Shown one piece after another: positions 25,901 to 38,729 of a stretch of DNA of 63,760 bases (position 1 is the first letter of the stretch; each line of letters starts with the position of its first letter). A program made the translations under genes and the position numbers. Source of the DNA: Ancylonema sp. Taxonomy: Eukaryota. The stretch is taken from assembly GCA_050230475.1 (NCBI GenBank), contig JBFLGF010000191.1:1-63760 (forward strand), given 5' to 3'. The notes under the pieces were generated by a model. It was not told the origin of the DNA. It searched no databases and saw only the letters and a program-made list of their open reading frames with translations.

Positions 25901-26336
25901 CGTAGAACTCCCCGAAAAAGTGATCAAGTCATCATGTGCAATTTTGTGACGTAAGGAATAACGTGTGAAGCATCTGGAACGTTCCGACGATTTGTTTACA
26001 TTTCCTTGCTTTTCCTTATATATAACTTGTATGCTACTGACCACACTTTTAGACCCCATAGTGGCACGCCAATTCCGCCTTGCTGCGTCTATTCACGCGT
26101 GTAATTTCATTCCGTCAGTGTACGAGTAGTGGGTACCGAGGGATGGTGATGAGATATGCAAGGTACAAAATTTAATATGTCCACATTGATGCAGGAGAAA
26201 AATTCCCTGAGTCGTCTTTTTTTTTTTTTTTTTTTTTTTTTGTGTGCGGAGGTAACATGACGTGGCATATACAGACCTCCGCTTCTATTCAGATTTACAA
26301 AGAAAATGGTTTAGATGAGGGGGGGTGGGGGGAGTC

Positions 26337-27139
26337 CAGGGATGCACCGGGACGGCAAAAATGTCTGCAAACGCCGTTTTGCAAACGCGGACGTACGGAA
26401 TACGTGCGTACGGCAAAAGTGTTGCAAACGTCCGCAAAAAACGTTTGCATTTTGCAAACGTTTTGCAAACGTTTGCATTTCGCAAACGTCCGCAAATTTA
26501 CTCCTAGATAGGCCCGTTCCCAGCTAAGCCGTGAACCCATTATATCCGGTGGACTCTCTATTTTGTCGTACCCCCAGTTTGTCCCCGTCAGTTTTGTTGT
26601 ATCCCCGTTTATGTCATCATTACATTTCCCCCGTGTTTTCCCTGTCCCCGTCGTTTTTCCATGTAGCACGTCCCAATTTTGTCGTGTCTTACGTTCCACC
26701 ATCGTATCTTGGCCCGTAGCCCGTCTCCCGTTCCATCGTAGATTCTGTTTGTCGTGTGTGAGACAGAATCTTTCAGTTTTCAAAAATCTAGCATCTGACG
26801 GGTGAGCGTCGTTCACGACCCGTCCCATCCCCCGATGCCGTCCGAATCCCCTGTTGTCAGTAGATTCTGTACACATTCATGACCGAATCTACCGGTTTTT
26901 TACAAAAATCCGGAGTCATTAGTACGGACATGTACGAACTGTACGGACGCAAACGTTTGCAAGCGCAAACGTTTTCATTCGTACATTCCGTACCCGTTTG
27001 CCGCATGTCACGGCCGTATTCCGGACGTTTGCGGGCAAATCCGTACGCCGTTTGCATTTGCCAGGGCCGGCAGATTGCCCTCGGCCCCGTCCGGAAAACG
27101 TGCCGGACAGAAAACGGGCCCCGGCCCGGTGCATCACTG
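26337..27139. mobile_element. hAT-type MITE with perfect 8-bp TSD
   Basis: TIRs CAGGGATGCACCGGG / CCCGGTGCATCACTG (14/15 match); TSD GGGGAGTC at 26329-26336 and 27140-27147; subterminal GCAAACG repeats. Confidence 0.92.
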
Positions 27140-27599
27140 GGGGAGTCACAATCGTGGAAGTTGCAACAATATCAGTAAGGTAGGAGAAAGAAGGCCAATA
27201 AAATGTATGAGAAGTTCCAAAAAACATATTTATTGAAGAACAAAGAAGAGTGCACCTACGCATGTCTCTATGTAATACAATTTTTATTTATTCTAAATAT
27301 TTCCTTTTGACACCAAACTGCAATCTGATGTGTCTTATCAAGTCTGAGAGTCCAACCCAATTCCCCAAATTCATCTACAGGTCATATGCTGAGTGGAAAC
27401 TAGCACAAGGTCTCGTTCAAAAACTCAAGAGAGTATAATGAAGACGAAAAACCACATTTTGTACATATCAGATGCTTCCTCCTCCCATACCATCGCAATC
27501 CAATTGACTAGTCAAGTAGGAAGATGACTTACTATATCCACCTACTCTAATCCCTGCCAACATGTCATAACATGATTATGGCTAGGTTTCGTTATTCAC

Positions 27600-28795
27600 A
27601 ATGATGTACATACAATTCGCCTTCCCTCCACCCCATGACAGGCTACAGCTGCAGCTACAGCTAGAGCTAGGTTACTGTACCCTACGAGCACTGTGCAAAA
27701 TGCTGTAGCTGGTCGACAATGTATTCCCGGAAACCTTCCTGCCTCGGGATCAAGGAAGATCTACAAAAAGAACACTTGACACGCCCATAGTTTCGCGTGA
27801 TGTGGCGCCATATCCTCTGTGTCACATACATATATGGAATACCAGCTCAGGTCGTGCCGCATGCGGCGAAGTCGTGAAATCATTCGTTGAATTCGTTGAA
27901 TTCAGCACCAGTGATTGTGCGGCATTTCCAGAAACGTGACACTCTGGACGCGTGTCAAGTTGCCTTGTTTTTCAGTACGAACGTCTTCTGCGCTATCACC
28001 TCCCCGAGTATGAATCTTGAAATTGAAAAAACAACATGCAGCGCAATTAAGAAGCCTTCAAGTCATGGCTCGCGATTCGCCTCTTGCTCGACGTGTGGCC
28101 GATTGGCCGTGTGGCCCATACGGGCTCGAGACTCCCTTATTTGCAACGATCCACGAGGTCACCCATCTATTCACCACTCTCATCCTCGTTCGCCTCAAAT
28201 GTCTCGGCATCTAAAGCCCATTTGATGTCGGCGAAGTCGTCTGTGTGAGGCGTAAGTTCGTGATCAGGAGTTATCTGCGCGGGTCTTCCTGCCACTGAGC
28301 GCGGTGAGATAATGCCTCCATGTAGAGAACTCCTGCGAACGTGAGCTTTCATCGTTGACACGCGACTGATCATATGGTAGTCATTGAGATCGTGCAAAAG
28401 CCCTATTCTTTTCACTGCCAATGCCGGAGAGATGTCAGCCAGTAGCAGCAGAAGGCAAATCAAAAGCAGGAATGGTAGTTTCTGCGACGTGTTTCTATCT
28501 CCAACTGTCGTACAAAGACCTGCAGAACAGAATGTCTGGGCTTTAAAACGATTGTAGAGAGAGATAAGGGTTGAGGATGTTTCGGCCTAGACGTCCCTAT
28601 TTTTTAATCGTCTGTTAGATGGCACGCTTCACTTAAGAGATGTTGGACAATGATATCTTAAAGACAGTGGATGGATGAGGCGGCCTTCGTGTTTCATCTG
28701 TGTTGTTCACCCAAAACTTGGGTACCGGCCGTGGTTAGCTTGAAAAGATATGGTGACTCACGGAGCCGCCAAATTCTGGCAAGCTGCCAGGCCAT
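27600..28795 (-). CDS. Putative spliced gene of unknown function with a signal-peptide/anchor-like segment; exons 28795-28762, 28519-28175, 27943-27843, 27760-~27600 (3' structure uncertain)
   Basis: ATG exon with GTGAGT donor and acceptors TTCTGCAG, GTCCAG, TTTTTGTAG; phases agree over three introns, giving MAWQLARIWRLRLCTTVGDRNTSQKLPFLLLICLLLLLADISPALAVKRIG...EDESECHVSGNAAQ...ARPELIFLDPEAGRFPGIHC. No family was recognised. Confidence 0.55.
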
Positions 28796-28913
28796 GATTC
28801 GTTGAGGTGGCAATGCTGACTGGGCCTAGCCGACTACGTGGCTTCCTGATTACCCCATCTGTATTCGTGGCGGAGATGGATGCTGTGGCAATGTTCGACA
28901 TGTTGCCATCGTA

Positions 28914-29452
28914 ACAATAAACCCTTGATATAGTGACAATTTAATAGACATTGGAAATTAATGTCACTATATCGAATGCCAGGTGTGTCATTGTACAGCT
29001 AGATAGTGCGACATTGATAGGGCGACATTGAGCTAATGTCACAAAGTGAATTTTATATTGTTTTGAGCAACCACATCGGGTGCGCAGAGGTGCTTATTGA
29101 AGAAGGCAGGTCATCTATATGGCGTTTGTTCTGATATCCACTCGCTACAATAAAACCTCTTTGAAGTGATGATGTCAGGACAGGAATAAATTATTAATTC
29201 AAGCAGATTATTGATTTATTTTTATTTATTTTCTATTAGATTGGGGAAGATATTAATTTTCACAGCAGTAATTTGGACAGGTTTCACTCTATAGTGACAT
29301 CCCAATAGTAAAATCTAGGAAAATTTGGTCATTATAGCTATTGTCACTAAATCGATTGGGTTTTTATATAGGATTAGAAAAAGGGCAGAAAAAATGTCAC
29401 TATATCGTGATTGTCACTATATCGAGTGTCACTATATCAAGGGTTTACTATA
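28914..29452. mobile_element. Tc1/mariner/pogo-like MITE
   Basis: TIRs TAAACCCTTGATATAGTGACA / TGTCACTATATCAAGGGTTTACTATA; internal TGTCACTATA repeats also occur at ~9315-9397 and ~14518-14560. Confidence 0.75.
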
Positions 29453-29857
29453 TCTAGAAAGTGGAACTTGTCGGTGGAACTTGCAAGGGTGGTATGTTTT
29501 CATGTCATATAGTAAACCTTGTCTTAATTAATACTGTTTAATACTGTTTTAATCAATAACTTGTCCTTATTGATAAAGTTTTCTGGTACCGCCCTTGAGC
29601 GTGTGTAATAAGGGTTGTGCAACCTTAAAAGCAATCGCAATTTAAGAGCCTTAATAAACATTTTGAAGTTAAGGTTTTAAGGATTTTTGGATTAAAAAAT
29701 CCTTAAATGTGGCTCCTCTAAAACCCTTAAAAATGCCATGTAACCACTTAGGCTGCAGACCATCTGAAGTGCATATCGTCTATTTCGTTCGGATGCCTCG
29801 TTCCTTGGCGGTTTTTTTTTTTGCACATTTTTCAGGCAATGGATTCTTAGTGGATCC

Positions 29858-30420
29858 CATGTGAGTATGAAAACGGAAAAAAATACTTGCAAACGCCGTT
29901 TTGCAAACGCGTAGGTACGGAATGCGTGCGAACAACGGATTTGCAAACGGCGTTTGCATAACGTTTGCATTTGCAAACTTTTTGCGAACGTTTTGCAAAC
30001 GTCAGCAACGTATTTCTTCATATAATCTATAGTACACATCCGGTAACTGAAGTATGAAAGTTTTTAAGACTCCTCATCATTGGTTCATGACGTTTTTACC
30101 ATTAAAAAGTAACCAAGATTTTGTGAAAATTCTGAAAAGCCAAAGTTAAAAACTGCACGCCAACGTTTGCGATCGCAAACGTTTGCGTCCGTACATTCCA
30201 TACACGTGTGCCGCATTTCACAAACGTATTTCGGACGTTTGCAATCGCAGACGTTTGCATCCATATAGTCCGTACACGTTTTCCGCATTTCACGGACGTA
30301 TTCCAAAAGTTTGCGAGAAAATCCGTACGACGTTTGCATTTGATAGATTGCTCACAGCCCCGTGCGGAAGACGTGCCGTGCAGAAAACGGCCCTCGTCCC
30401 GTCCCGTCGGTGCAACTATG
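29858..30420. mobile_element. hAT-type MITE, same family as 26337-27139
   Basis: Collinear GCAAACGCCGTTTTGCAAACGC...CAGAAAACGG blocks; right end GGTGCAACTATG; TSD GTGGATCC / GTGGATCT. Confidence 0.8.
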
Positions 30421-31874
30421 GTGGATCTTGAAATTAACAAATGTCAGTTGGCGAGTCCGTTGCTGCTTATCAAATGCTTCATCAAGGTCGTGCTGCACGA
30501 AAAGGGGGAAGCCATTGGGGCCTATGGGGAACACTTCACGAAGTTGGACAGAAGAACAAAAGTCATTTTTGGGCGTCGTATACCGCTTCAAGGTGGGTAC
30601 GTTGGACGAAGTTCATATATGTCAATATTTGACAATACATATTGTCAAACTATGTTGTCTTTACCATCGCTTTATTGTCAACTTGTTCAATCTTGTCGCC
30701 TTCGCAACATATACTAAATTCAAACCCGGGGAAAAACCAACAAGAGAAACAAGAGAAACTAGAGTCGGGGGCGGCTACGAGAGCATGAAGGCGCACATTC
30801 GAGGTGGTGCCAGTCTGATAAATAATCTGAAGACCGCTATTTTTTGCGTATAATCAAAGCAAGCAGATGGAAGCGGTGGCACTACCAAAAATTCTAAATT
30901 TCACATAATTGAAGGAGAATCCGTACTATTTGATATTTTTTTACTTCAGGAGACCATTTTAGCCAACCTTCCGTTTCGGTGGGTCGAAAATTATTACGTG
31001 AAGTTGGCGTTTCAGTTTTTAAGAGAAGACATCTAGATGCCTGACATGAGGAAATAACTAGGTACTAGTTTACTAACTGTTTTATTTTATGTTGTTTTGC
31101 AACGGCTGTCGAGTGGAGAACGGGTGGAGAAATTTGAATTGGTGGCGGAAATGGCGGCGGAAATGGCGGCGGGGTCATCATCGGCCACGGCGGAGGTGGC
31201 ATCACCGGATCCACCCGAAGAGGATAATGTAAATCTGGGAGTTGCAGAATGCGACCCGAAATCGCATGTGTCCCTCTTTGTCGTCGAAGACCAAGAAGGG
31301 TTTGATGCTGCAGTGAACGAGTTATTTCAAGAGCTTGAGTTGGAAGGGATAAAAGACATTCTTATCGAAACGAGCGTCCCAAATGTTTCACGAGTGATTC
31401 GGATAACAAACTTGTCAAAAATATTTGGGCCGCTCTTGGTCTTATATGACAAATACGTGGACACCATCTAGGGACAAGAGTACGTGGGTAAACATAGTTA
31501 TATATATTTCAACCCTAGTTCATTGTATAATCGAATGCCTTTTGTGGTGGTTCAAGAGTCGTTGTTAGGGGAGCCACTGTCTATCGACTATTAGGAATTT
31601 TCAATTGTGGAGTCTTTCTATGCACTCGAGAACGAGGGTGCATGGGTTCGCAAGATGGTCGCAAGATGATATAAGTTAAACGTAGATTTAGCAGTTTTTA
31701 TTTAATTTTAGTCTCGTCTTATAATGACCGAGAGTCATTTTCTTTTTGGGATGAGTTAGATCACGAGAGCAAGAAAGTTTGTAATGTCCTTTCAATCATG
31801 GTCTACGAACATTATGATCCTCTTATCAACTTTTATCCACATCGATAATTGCGATAAGAAATAGTGGTTATGGC

Positions 31875-32329
31875 TATAAGCTTTTGAGTGAACTAGGTAT
31901 AAGCTTTTGAGTGATTAGACGTGCCGGAATAATTAGGTGGGCGACAAAACGAACCGTACGCAAAAGGATCTCTCTCACTCATGATCAACGAGACAGGAGT
32001 TGCGGGTGTGGAACGAATTATTATTGTGATTGCATCGGGGATGGTAATACCCGATGCGCTTTAAAGATTGTTGTGTGCCGACCTATCATTGACTGACAGC
32101 TCTTCTACATGTCAACGGCACATGCCGGACATTTCTGACACGACTAAACAAGCCAATCACGACGCTTCAAACAAATAACGTCTCTAAGCGTCGGAAACAT
32201 GTCAGGTGCCCGGGCACAAACTTGCCCGGCCCCGCATACAGGCACATCTAGAATATTGCTCCCGGTTAGAGTAACCGGTTACAACTGGACTAGCACGCAT
32301 AACATATGGCTATCCAAAATATTCTAACA
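31875..32329 (-). repeat. 3' LTR of the second Copia (with extra 23-bp terminal segment)
   Basis: Near-identical to 37207-37667; preceded on the minus strand by the purine-rich tract GAGTGGGTG. Confidence 0.93.
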
Positions 32330-35300
32330 CACCCACTCGGATGCCATGCTAAAGTTGGCATAGATGCAGACATCAAAAGGAGTACCCAAGTCATTGCCAA
32401 ATCATGGCAGAACCATTGCATAAATATACAACAGTTTTAGTCTTCCCTAGCATACAAGCGTGCTAGGGGTTTCTATCAATAACTGCAGCCGTTCGGAAGA
32501 CGATCGGAAGACGATCGGAAGCCGATCGAACTCCAGAAACGATCGCTCCAGATCCTTAGTCGTTTTTGGCCGGCCCTGAACATACAAAACAAATGCCTCA
32601 AGTTAGGCGAAAAACAAAAAAACTTATGAAAATATTTTTTGATTTCTTAACTTTTTCAACTTCACGATTCTGAAACTTTCACACTTTCCAGTCAGAAAAA
32701 TCTCAAAACAGCATAACTTCAAAATTAAAAATTACCAGTTCTATCAGCACCAACTTTTGACACAAGTTTTGCAACAATCATTAGGACATACATTCGAAAA
32801 TTCAGAACAAACTGACAAGTTTAAAGTTGAGCTTCAACACTTTCTGATTTTAAAGTGTCCTTATTAAGCGTTTTCACAAGAGTGTCTTTTCATTTTTAAG
32901 GTATTAAGGTGAAAGTGTGACTTAGCTGGATGAGCTGAAGTTGGTATACCCTCCCCATTACTTCTGCATGAAAAGAAACATAACAACACACCCCCTGCCA
33001 ACATGCATGGCATTTGAAACCTTCGATCATAAATATAAAAGAAAAGACTGACACCCCCAGTTCAGTATAACCGTCCAAAACCTAGACTTTTGCTGTGTCG
33101 TCCAGTAAAACTTGGGGTAGAGCTTTAGTTAGCATATCTGGGTTGATTGGCGCCTGCAAGATACACATATTTTATAGTCTCCCCGTGCTGGTGGCATTCC
33201 CGTACCCAGTGATACACATTAAAATGTGTGCTTGTGTTTTGCTTTCTGTCTTTGCACAGGATTCTGGATCATGGAGAGAGCTGAGGTTGACTCAGTGTGG
33301 ATTGTGATTTGGTTTGGGAATTTGAGTTCTTTCCAGAGAGACTTTAGATACCAGCATTCTATAGACACACTACAGGCAGCGATATACTCAGCCTCAGCAG
33401 TGCTCTGTGCAACAGTTGACTGTTTCTGTGACTTCCAACTCAGTCCCCCAACCGTGGTTACCCATCCTGTGACTGACTTCCCTGTCATGCACAACTGTTC
33501 CATGATGCATCGCAGTAACCCTTTACTTCAAATATGTCCTTACCCACAAGTCAGTCCGTGGTTCACAGTCCCTTATATCTGAATAGTTGATGTAATGCCC
33601 TTATGTGTGCGACCCCAGGATTTCCCATGTGTTTAGCCAGTATACCCCAAGTGCATACCCGATGTCCAGTCTGGTTTGTCATGGCATATATGAGAGATCC
33701 CACTTTCCCTCGAAAGTCTGTTATTTCTTCAGGGGTAGGGAGGGGGAAGAGTTGGTTCATCATTTCTGTGTGAATTGAGTTCCAGGGGCGAGGGGGAGTT
33801 TTTTGGTTGGATTACACTCATGCATCCCATAGCGTTCGAGCACTCCCCTTAAGAAACCTGACTGTCCCAGTGTGAGCAGTCTCTTCTCTGTCTATCCTCT
33901 TCACTTCCACCCCCTAGGATATGGGTTAGGGCCCCCAGATCCTTGATTTTGAACTTTTTACTGATATCTTGTTTAAAAGTTTTAACGACCATGGCGTTAG
34001 GACCAACTATCACCTGATCATCTTCGTGTATTCCCACTATGATCCGTGACTGTCCTGCTTCCCGTGGTATATATACATGTGTCCATTACACATTGTGTAA
34101 ACCCTATAGATATCATAAATTTTCTGAACATCTCACCCCACACGTGGCTACTCTGTTTCAGTCCGTACAGTGCCCCCCTTAAGTCTCAGAACTTTTCCCT
34201 CAGCCCCCCCATCAATATCCATACGTGGTGGAATTTTCATGTATACTTCTTTCTTCCAGACTTCCATGCAAGAACGCAGTGATTACGTCCATCTGTTCAA
34301 TTTCCCAGTCATATTGGTTGGCTATAGCTAGTAGTAGGGAGATAGATGTACTGTCTACTACAGGTGCAAATATTTCATTATAGTCAACTCCTTCTTGATG
34401 TAGAAAACCCTGTGCGACCAGTCTGACTTTATATCTTTCAATATTCCCGTGGGTGTTATTTTGTTTTAAATACATATCTGCACCCCACAGCCTTTTTACC
34501 TGGAGGAAGCACACACACCTGAAAGGTGTTGAACGTCCCCAAGGGCAGCGAGCTCTTCCACAATAGCCCTGTCCCACTGGTCCGAGTCTGGCCTCATCAT
34601 GGCATGGTTGAGGGTGAGAGGGTCGGAGGAGTCAGCAGACGTGCTAATCATACAGAATCCAGGATCCACAGAGACCGTTGAAGCCTGTGTAGAAACATGC
34701 TGGCCTCCCACTCTCGTCCTGAATAGTTGCTGCCAGCGCCTGCGTCATCGAACTCCTCCCCATCGTATCACATGAGATCCCCATACTCTGCAAAGTTTGC
34801 CCTCCTTCTCCCCATCACCCTCTCAGCTATGCTCACAGCATTTACCCCTTGCCCCTCCCCTTCACCCCCTCCATGAACCTCCTCCTCCTCGCTTGCCACT
34901 CCTGCGTTGTTGATCCCTGACTGGCAGTCAGACAGCTCAACCACAGAGATGGGGTCCTCAGCAGCTGGTGGTGGCGGAATCTGTAATACTGGGATCTGGG
35001 CTCCTGGGTCGTTGTGTGCTGCTGCTGCTGGCACTGCTGCTGGAGCTGCTGCTGGTACTGCTGCTGCTGCTGCTTCTGCTGCTCCTGCTGCTGGCGTTGC
35101 AGCTGTTACTGCTGCTTCTCCTGTCACCCCTCCAGCCTTAGGCTCATTATCCGTGTCGGGGAGGGAACAGCTGGAGAAAGTGTCCATCTGCTTTGGCCTC
35201 GACCTGGGGAGCTCTCTCCCCCATGAGTCTCGGATACCCCGGCACTTCCTCGAGGAAACGGACGTCTGTCCGCACCATCACGCCGGCTCTGAGCGGGTCG

Positions 35301-37194
35301 AAGATGTTGTACCCAGCTTGATCTGCTGCCAACCCAATATATACCCCAAAAGCAGTCTTGGCAGCATACTTGTCCCCTTGTTTATTTTTATCATGCCCAA
35401 CTAGCAAATATTGAACCAGACAGCCGAATGTGACTTCTGTTATCTGTCCCCATTTTTATCTGACGTCCTGTCCACTCCTCAATAGGTGTATCCCCCCTGT
35501 CAATGAACTAGTGGGGGTCCTGTTCCTTAACCAGTTTGCGTGCATCAGTGCCACATCCCACTACGATTTAGGCAATTTAGACCACAACAGCAAACACCTC
35601 ATCTTTTCCATCAATGTTCTGTTCAACCTTTCACACATTCCATTCTGTTGAGGTCTGTAGGGAGCAGTCAGTTCATGTCTGATGCCTTTATCCTCACAAT
35701 AGCCTCTCCACTCTTTACTTGTGTATTCACCCCCCCCATCTGTCACTTCAACGCCCAACGCCAGTCCTGATTCAACTTCAAGTTTCTGTACAGTGATGCG
35801 CGTTTTGACTGAGAGCATCGCTCTTGTGCCTGAGGAGAGATACTGTTGACAGTCTAGTGTTGACCTCTATCCCTGTCTGTGCGTAGTCAAAAACCCTCCG
35901 TGCATTGACTTAACACCAAAAGGAGACCCAAAAGGACCTATCAGGTCTAGATGCAACTTTCGGCATAGTGGCCACATCCTCGCTAGCAATAGCATGCCCC
36001 TTCTGTCCCATTTTCCCCATACAACAACAACAGATCTCACAATCCCTGACCTCAGTCAACTCTTCCCAGTCTCGGTATATCACCACGTCTGGCCATGTCG
36101 ACATGGCTGGGTGGTATACCAGGGTGACCCAGTTTGCCAATGCCAGAGCATGCCGATGGACCAGATTACCTTGGAGACCAGAAGAACCAGGCATGATGAT
36201 AGATGCATGCAGCAACGACAGACCCATTCCTCTGCCTGCTGACATCAGCCCATTTCAGTCCATTAGTCAGTTTGGGGCGGCCATGTGGGGTCTGGGCAAA
36301 GCTCAGCCCACCTCTCTGGACGAGGCAGTCGGTGGACACCAGGGTCGCAGCGAATGTAGGGACGTGCAGAGCAGCGAGAGGGACGACGAAAGAGGAGTCG
36401 TCGTTCTTCACTATCACGTGCACGCCTGTCCCCTCGACCTTGTGAGGTGACGAGCCGTCAGCAGTGGTGATGTAGGCCTTCTGCGTGCTCAGGGTAGGTG
36501 TGTACTCCACAAAATGTTCACGTGCCGTGAAAATGTGGTCGGTAGGACCTCAATCCAGGATCAGGGAGTCTGAGTGAGAACCAGCAGACAATGCCCGGGC
36601 AACATCGAACGAGAAAGCACCGAAAGCTAAATAATCCACATTAGCGTTGAAGGGTTTGTCAGCAAAGCGAGCAAGTCTAGCTTGTGCATCAGCCCTCCTA
36701 GCAGCTTCTGGGTTCATTAGAGCCATGTCAGATGTTCTTTTTCTACAATGTTCAATTGTGTGCCCTACAATGTTGCAATATCTGCACTTCTGCCTCCCCC
36801 CTGAACTTCCCTGAGTAGCGTGCGCAACATTTCCAGCTGCTGGCGATGTCGCAGGGCACTGAGCAGCTCGGTGGCCTGCCTGGTGGCACGTATGACACTT
36901 CCAAGCTCCCGCATGGCCTCCGCCAGGAGCTGGTGAAGGGCAGTTCGCTCTGATGTGCCCGAATTTGTGGCAGCCGAAGCATTCGACGCCTGCAGCGTCT
37001 CTGCGACCAGCTCCAGTCGCACCACCAGATCTGCTGCTACCTCCAGCGCAATGTCAAAATTACGTGCAGACCTTAACAACTACGAATATATTTGCGCTCA
37101 CTGGCAGAATATACCGTTCACAAAGATTCCCGCAGCGAAATCGCGTGGAGCCTTTAGTTTTTAACCAACACGGCGTCAGCACTAGACCGCACGT

Positions 37195-37206
37195 GGGCCC
37201 ATAACC
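37195..37206 (-). promoter_or_regulatory. Primer-binding site GGTTATGGGCCC (internal tRNA-iMet fragment type, as in Drosophila copia)
   Basis: Lies immediately internal to the 5' LTR; the motif is known from copia-clade elements. Confidence 0.8.
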
Positions 37207-37667
37207 TATAAGCTTTTGAGTGATTAGACGTGCCGGAATAATTAGGTGGGCGACAAAACGAACCGTACGCAAAAGGATCTCTATCACTGATGATCAACGA
37301 GACAGGAGATTGCGTGTGTGGAACGAATTGTTATTGTGATTCATCGGGGATGGTAATACCCGATGCGCTTTCCAGATTGTTGTGTGCCGACGGTCGGCAC
37401 AATTGACCGTCGGCCTATCATTGACTGACAGCTCTTCTACAGGTCAACGGCACATGCCGGACATTTCTGACACGACTAAACAAGCCAGTCACGACGCTTC
37501 AAACAAATAACGTCTCTAAGCGTCGGAAACATGTCAGGTGCCCGGGCACAAACTTGCCCGGCCCCGCATACAGAGCAAGGCACATCTAGAATATTGCTCC
37601 CGGTTATAGTAACCGGTTATAAGTGGACTAGCAAGCATAACATATGGCTATCCAAAATATTCTAACA
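37207..37667 (-). repeat. 5' LTR of the second Copia
   Basis: Minus-strand termini are TGTTAG...CTTATA; directly followed by the PBS. Confidence 0.93.
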
Positions 37668-37849
37668 ATGGCTACGTATTGTAGTCATCGTTTTCCTCAG
37701 ACATGTGTGTGCATGGGAATAGCAAAGATGTATGAAGAGATTATGTACAATGACAACTAGGACGAACTCACACACTTCGATGAACGGTTCGAATATCAAC
37801 ATATATGCTTTTGTGGGAAATGTTGTTTTTTCTTCATAATTGACCGTTT

Positions 37850-38374
37850 TTAAGGTCGCCAATGAGTTTAGAGATATGCTTTGGCTCTGAAAACAACTCT
37901 TTTGTGGATATTTAACTCGACATTTCTTTCCATGTCTTTTTTCTTTTCAATAGTTTGCTCAAAGTTGCGGCACTCCATTTATAACCACTCTCTCTTCCTA
38001 CTCAATTCTCCTACCTTTCACGTCCCTTGCTTCTCTAAATATATTAATAGTGGAAGGTCGCGTGCTGTTTTCCTCAAATGAAAATGAACCACGTCATGTC
38101 ATGGCGCGAAGTAAAGCGAATTGAAACTAACAATGGCCGCGACATATTTTTCCAATGGAATATTTCACAATTTTAGCGTTTGAAAGGGACGTGGCGTCAC
38201 CAACATAAACATTTACACCGATTTATTTCCCTCGCGTACGTTTTTTGGGAGGGAAAAAATGTCGACCGCGGGAAGGAGTAAAACCCTAAACATCTCCCGG
38301 TTCGTCCGGTTCCGAAACGGTTCCATCTCGGAACCGGTTCCATAAAAAAAAAACAGCCGGTTCGTGCAATTATG
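37850..38374. mobile_element. Right half of a hAT-like element, homologous to ~39020-39470
   Basis: Shared blocks CTACCTT(T/C)CAC(G/A)TCCCTTGCTTCTC, GTCACCAACATAAACAT and CCGGTTCGTCCG(G/A)TTCCGAAACGGTTCCATCT; ends GTGCAATTATG. Confidence 0.7.
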
Positions 38375-38559
38375 AAGGCAGCTATGGCCTTGGTTGTAGG
38401 GATGAAGTGGGACCGCTTCGTCACCCGGTCCACAACCACCAGGGTAGCATCGTGGTAGTAGCTAGGGGATAGATCTGTAATTACCGTAATTGGGATTTTG
38501 CCCCTCTAATTACAAGCCAAGTTACGATATTACGCGAAAACCGCGTAATTCGTAATTTG

Positions 38560-38697
38560 CATAGTTGTACGAACTCCGAACCGTTTCCCAAACGGATCTT
38601 AGATGGAACCGGTTCCAACAAAAGTGGTCGCGGTTCGGAACTGGAGGATTTAAGGTTTTTATCAATTGAACGTCATTTTGAGGGGTAATGTGGCACC

Positions 38698-38729
<32 letters not shown>

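Larger units (their letters stand above)
31875..37667 (-). mobile_element. Ty1/Copia LTR retrotransposon with both LTRs and TSD, coding region degenerate
   Basis: LTRs 31875/31898-32329 and 37207-37667; TSD ATGGC (31870-31874, 37668-37672); PBS GGTTATGGGCCC; three CCHC knuckles (~36745-36982); protease LILD*GPTDH; integrase TDGGGEY...QQNGMCERLNRTL; RT YKVRLVAQGF...QMDVITAFLHG; RNase H QSTAEAEY; many stops and frameshifts. Confidence 0.95.

Noticed and set aside
34768..35404. Ala- or Cys-rich ORFs as independent genes
   Set aside because: They are the (GCA/TGC)n low-complexity linker between Copia integrase and RT and its antisense frames.
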